Positions 63,301 through 64,000 of a stretch of DNA of 64,000 nucleotides are shown one piece after another; within the stretch, counting starts at the first letter, position 1; each line of letters opens with the position of its first letter. The stretch covers positions 298,902,001 through 298,966,000 of the forward strand of contig NC_091471.1 in NCBI RefSeq assembly GCF_036971445.1, in the 5' to 3' direction. The notes under the pieces are model-generated. The model was not told the DNA's origin. It saw only the letters and a list, made by a program, of their open reading frames with translations, and did not search any database. The DNA is from Narcine bancroftii (taxonomy: Eukaryota). Both the position numbers and the translations under genes were made by a program.

Positions 63301-63690
63301 ACCCTCTGACCACAGGATACAAATGATTCAGCAACAGGAATCTTTATCTGTCAGGTTAACACTTTTAGTAATTTTTCTCAACAGCATCTCCAATCCAGAC
63401 CACATCTCCAATCTCCCCAGTGAATCCTTTTGAATTTAACGTGACCTTCGTTCTAACTAACTTGGCCTCAACAGTGGATTTACAGAATTCAAATTCTTTG
63501 TTGTTCAAATCTGCTTCAAGTCTTATTGTTGCCCAGGTCAGTTGACAATTTAATAATCGAGGGAATTTAATGATTACTTGTAGTTTATTTCATCCAAAAC
63601 ACTAACAGTTATTTTTCCACAGCTCAGCCAAATCTATAAAAACAGTAACATCAAAGAAACGTTCTCAAGCTGCAAGGTTATCTCGTTCAG
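231..63690 (+). CDS. MUC16: Partial multi-exon MUC16-like mucin: ~87 PTS exons followed by at least 5 SEA modules
   Basis: All predicted exons have AG/GT boundaries and compatible phases and splice into one frame with no stop seen. The Thr/Ser-rich region is followed by SEA repeats with MUC16-type motifs (FNVTFVLTNL, CKVISF, STRVYANC, YTLDTNSLFVDGYHE). Orthology to MUC16 is inferred, not tested. Confidence 0.8.
652..798 (+). CDS. Representative PTS exon type B (147 nt, phase 1-1): ETSGTTSSTEEMTVAPSTTEVISAMAQTSTAGSSTSLTPEVTSTTTAIT
   Basis: Acceptor TTGACAG at 645-651, donor GTTAGT at 799; length is a multiple of 3. Confidence 0.92.
34416..34571 (+). CDS. Last type-A PTS exon of the homogeneous array
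   Basis: CCCAG acceptor, GTAAGT donor, 156 nt; array homology stops about 50 nt later. Confidence 0.9.
34622..35650 (+). mobile_element. 5'-truncated degenerate L1-type LINE (ORF2 C-terminus plus 3'UTR)
   Basis: Translation LIQFKILHNFYWT...KKDP followed by a C-x2-C...GDL-x-H...CP remnant, typical of the fish L1 ORF2 C-terminal Cys region. Ends in AATAAA/A-rich tail, after which mucin-intron homology resumes. Confidence 0.7.
35888..36025 (+). CDS. Diverged PTS exon (138 nt, phase 1-1) ETPEASTSTEATPVLTTSAAE...
   Basis: TGCAG acceptor, GTGAG donor, homology to the array exons. Confidence 0.8.
36329..36475 (+). CDS. Diverged PTS exon (147 nt, phase 1-1) ETTKASSTEAPTAAKTTT...
   Basis: CACTTCCAG acceptor identical to the array, GTGAGT donor. 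Confidence 0.85.
36759..36919 (+). pseudogene. Dead PTS exon (pseudoexon)
   Basis: Homologous to neighbouring exons, but the acceptor lacks AG (CTCAAAATA), the donor reads GAGAGT instead of GTGAGT, and an apparent 1-nt deletion near 36870 gives an in-frame TGA. Confidence 0.7.
36935..37186 (-). mobile_element. tRNA-derived SINE (V-SINE/HE1-like)
   Basis: Minus strand has an A-box-like head, B box GGTTCAAATCC (37114-37124), the V-SINE-like core (plus strand GGAGGAAACCGGAG...CAGACACGGGGAGA) and an A-rich tail. Confidence 0.75.
37465..37590 (+). CDS. Diverged PTS exon ETTEASLSTEMTRVAT... (126 nt; alternative in-phase donor after 37578)
   Basis: CTAG acceptor; donor GTGAAT at 37591 is homologous to neighbouring GTGAGT donors; phase 1-1. 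Confidence 0.7.
38018..38146 (+). CDS. Last PTS exon (129 nt) ELTSISTPPVTEISSSS...
   Basis: TGCAG acceptor, GTGAAG donor, open Ser/Thr-rich frame, phase 1-1. Confidence 0.75.
38783..42354 (+). CDS. SEA module 1: exons 38783-38940, 39028-39095, 40122-40291, 42322-42354
   Basis: Sizes 158/68/170/33 nt, end phases 0, 2, 1, 1. Encodes LFNITFNVLTL...LNNLYANS...KCQTVSFR SASDGNSTVEAIC...LGSYTLDTNSLFVDGYHE. Confidence 0.9.
40600..41735 (+). mobile_element. Degenerate Rex1/Babar-like LINE 3' portion
   Basis: Frameshifted RT motifs CNWILDFL, TGAPQGC, DTTVV, VERVKNLKFLG; ends in a TTCTGAATCTGATTC-type tail; sits within a CTGCCTGTCC-rich tract. Confidence 0.7.
42849..44589 (+). CDS. SEA module 2: exons 42849-42994, 43080-43147, 44264-44433, 44563-44589
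   Basis: 146/68/170/27 nt, canonical splice sites, FEFNVTFILTNL...CKVISFS...STRVYANC...YSLDSNSLYVNGYHE. Confidence 0.9.
43165..43480 (-). mobile_element. Penelope-like element remnant with degenerate hammerhead-like motif (copies at ~46655, ~50120, ~63710)
   Basis: Minus strand CCTTGATGAAGGACTCAAGCCCGAAACATTG...GACCTGCTGTGTTTCTCCA preceded by a pyrimidine-rich tract. Confidence 0.5.
45413..45676 (-). mobile_element. Rex1/Babar-like LINE RT fragment (copies at 48877-49140 and ~53060-62730, the last split by the ERV)
   Basis: FSLAFNT...KLI...WILT.RLQSVR...TGAPQGC...PLLFSLYT...KLAD motif series. Confidence 0.7.
46330..48053 (+). CDS. SEA module 3: exons 46330-46481, 46568-46635, 47728-47897, 48027-48053
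   Basis: 152/68/170/27 nt, intact frame and splice sites. Confidence 0.9.
49794..52231 (+). CDS. SEA module 4: exons 49794-49945, 50032-50099, 51905-52074, 52205-52231
   Basis: 152/68/170/27 nt, intact frame and splice sites. Confidence 0.9.
50793..51552. mobile_element. Probable MITE (Tc1/pogo/Tigger-like), present only in unit 4
   Basis: Imperfect TIRs CAAGTGCCTAACCTTTTAACTGGG / CCCAGATAAAAGGTTATGGTCCTG followed by TA; absent from the paralogous introns of units 2 and 3. Confidence 0.55.
53241..53973 (+). repeat. Inverted LTR copy (first 733 bp of the LTR), with TATATAAA at 53842 and AATAAA at 53961
   Basis: Reverse complement of 61911-62643; identical 108 aa ORF translations in all three LTR copies. 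Confidence 0.92.
54272..54810 (-). repeat. Truncated 3' LTR (539 bp)
   Basis: Direct repeat of 62105-62643, immediately following the PPT on the minus strand. Confidence 0.92.
54811..54827 (-). promoter_or_regulatory. Polypurine tract
   Basis: Minus strand GAGACCAAAAGGGGGAC directly before TGTTGGAATC of the 3' LTR. Confidence 0.8.
54828..55097 (-). pseudogene. env: Probable env N-terminal remnant
   Basis: Lies between IN and PPT; hydrophobic signal-like start (MWGLWVLVFRALEG) then a Cys-rich stretch; no TM subunit. Confidence 0.4.
55223..57431 (-). pseudogene. pol: Defective pol: protease, 2H-like domain, RT N-terminus, RT thumb/connection, integrase C-terminal half
   Basis: FLVDTGA and NLLGRDLL (PR); LWSVGSADVG (RT start); PKTVKEMLSFLGLSGYSRQFIPSY (thumb); VERMNQTIK, WVDALPLAL, TPYEL, PRWTGPY (IN). 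Stop at 56769, frameshifts, and deletions at ~56350 and ~55760. Confidence 0.9.
57462..58349 (-). CDS. gag: Gag C-terminal part (capsid C-terminus and nucleocapsid); N-terminus probably missing
   Basis: 295 aa ORF with CCHC knuckle CFGCGQPGHLKRDC, directly upstream of and in frame with the protease. Confidence 0.85.
   Translation of the reverse strand: MLMYTDRLQLTSSMIHMLMLADKLQHTVKSQSSPLSPGVMQSLTFSIKEDEEISTFLSQCRESWTDKAGVHPATDPLQTTLFRAAVTSGLPAVVREALENNPDIPGCSSEQWEKHLTHHMKRYRAKQKEDKHTMESAQVQLLKLQLAEARQKANEVKKISSKGANQMIQQPTQPPQGNNMSWHPAPYWAPGPTYVARMGGPMGEFRVRGRVWSAPRRQPAVCFGCGQPGHLKRDCPLVWEPRDPGARGYGPPQQEHWVQSQRSSVPPPVHQAPHAALAPKRQFPLLTEEEQYCPQ
58750..58900. repeat. AT-rich ~68 bp tandem duplication with subrepeats
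   Basis: AAACTGCAATAAAATACAACAATAACTGAATAATCAAAAGACAAGTAAAAT at ~58761 and ~58829. Confidence 0.8.
59300..59620 (+). pseudogene. Decayed retroviral RT fragment, antisense to the surrounding ERV
   Basis: Frame from 59341 reads LVESLLNQEILVPCHSHSNMPISPVLKSRCTE*HLVQDL*VLNDIIILMHPIVLNYATNLNHIPP, then frameshifted TID and YFSIKLNPVAQ. Confidence 0.75.
60015..60395 (-). CDS. Uncharacterised 126 aa charged ORF in the ERV leader (Gag N-terminal fragment or accessory ORF)
   Basis: Open, purine-rich, helical-looking sequence on the viral sense strand; no motif recognised. Confidence 0.3.
   Translation of the reverse strand: MVIQRGKGRSRLQGVRITKSKGLKIRTEMEGVNRDVGQELGGDRGVPLSVNRQWEKTRDQLLGGLPKGEEVQAMARYEQIWRELQNQGKVPRGFEKIRLVRYLGEAEREAAKEVQEHEAKGQGSDV
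60800..60930. repeat. ~41 bp tandem repeat, about 3 copies
   Basis: ACTTATTATACACTACTATGGTACACGATTCTTAAACAAAT repeated. Confidence 0.85.
61015..61595. repeat. Leader minisatellite: 45 bp units with shorter variants, plus ~25 bp GGGGACTCCAACCCC units
   Basis: GAGGGACCTCAACCTCCGTAGAGGGATTCCAACCTCCTTTTCTTC repeated; 15 aa periodicity in the ORF track. Confidence 0.9.
61789..61806 (-). promoter_or_regulatory. Primer binding site complementary to tRNA-Trp
   Basis: Minus strand TGGTGACCCCGACGTGAT, 3 nt after the LTR end; matches the tRNA-Trp PBS of avian sarcoma/leukosis viruses as I recall it. Candidate major splice donor AGGTAAG at 61694-61700. Confidence 0.88.
61810..62643 (-). repeat. Complete 5' LTR (834 bp)
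   Basis: Minus strand TGTTGGAATC...AGTCCAACA; TATA at 62035-62042; AATAAA at 61918-61923; ~62 bp tandem duplication at the U3 start. Confidence 0.93.
63385..63690 (+). CDS. SEA module 5, first two exons: 63385-63536, 63623-63690
   Basis: 152/68 nt, near-identical to modules 3 and 4. Confidence 0.9.
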
Positions 63691-64000
63691 GTAAGGGATC
63701 TTGCTAATAATCCTGGAGAAACTCAGCAGGGCAAACAGTGGTTTTAAGTAGCAAATGTAAAGATACATCATCAACGTTTCAGGTGAGGGGGAACATGAAA
63801 GATGTCCGAACAAAAGGAGGAAGAGGGAAGGGTAGTTTGGGAGATGATATTTGGGGGTGTGGTGGGTGGGTGAGGTGGGGGGGGTGAAGGACCACAGGAA
63901 GATGGCAGGAGGAGTATAAGCTAGGTAGAGAGAGAAAGGAAGTAGGAACTGGAAAATCTAGTTAAGGTGGGGCCGGAGGAGAAAGGGAAGCTGTGTAGTG

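Larger units (their letters stand above)
42849..64000 (+). repeat. Tandem ~3.46 kb SEA-module duplications (units 2-5, introns included)
   Basis: Homologous positions are 3,464 bp apart (44264/47728, 46330/49794). Unit 4 is lengthened by a MITE and the ERV. Confidence 0.95.

Overview
Eukaryotic (vertebrate, probably cartilaginous fish judging by the retroelement types) genomic DNA containing the internal part of one large + strand, multi-exon MUC16-like mucin gene; neither the gene start nor its end is in the window. (1) 231-34571: about 42 copies of an ~835 bp unit in which introns repeat along with the exons. Each unit has two phase 1-1 Thr/Ser-rich exons (156 and 147 nt), giving about 4,190 aa of PTS domain, with higher-order duplications (8,335 and 2,504 bp periods). 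(2) 35888-38146: diverged PTS exons plus one dead exon. (3) 38783-63690: at least five MUC16-type SEA modules, each split over four exons (module 5 is cut after its second exon by the window end); modules 2-5 are recent ~3.46 kb duplicates. (4) 53241-62643: a young, internally deleted endogenous retrovirus (- strand, 4 bp TSD TTAC, tRNA-Trp PBS, in-frame gag-TGA-pol junction). It has three LTR copies and U3 ends at both termini (733 bp terminal inverted repeats), a 2H-phosphoesterase-like domain between protease and RT, and an antisense decayed RT relic in its leader. Introns also carry L1, Rex1/Babar-like, tRNA-SINE, Penelope-like and MITE fragments. Coordinates were read by hand and no database search was run.
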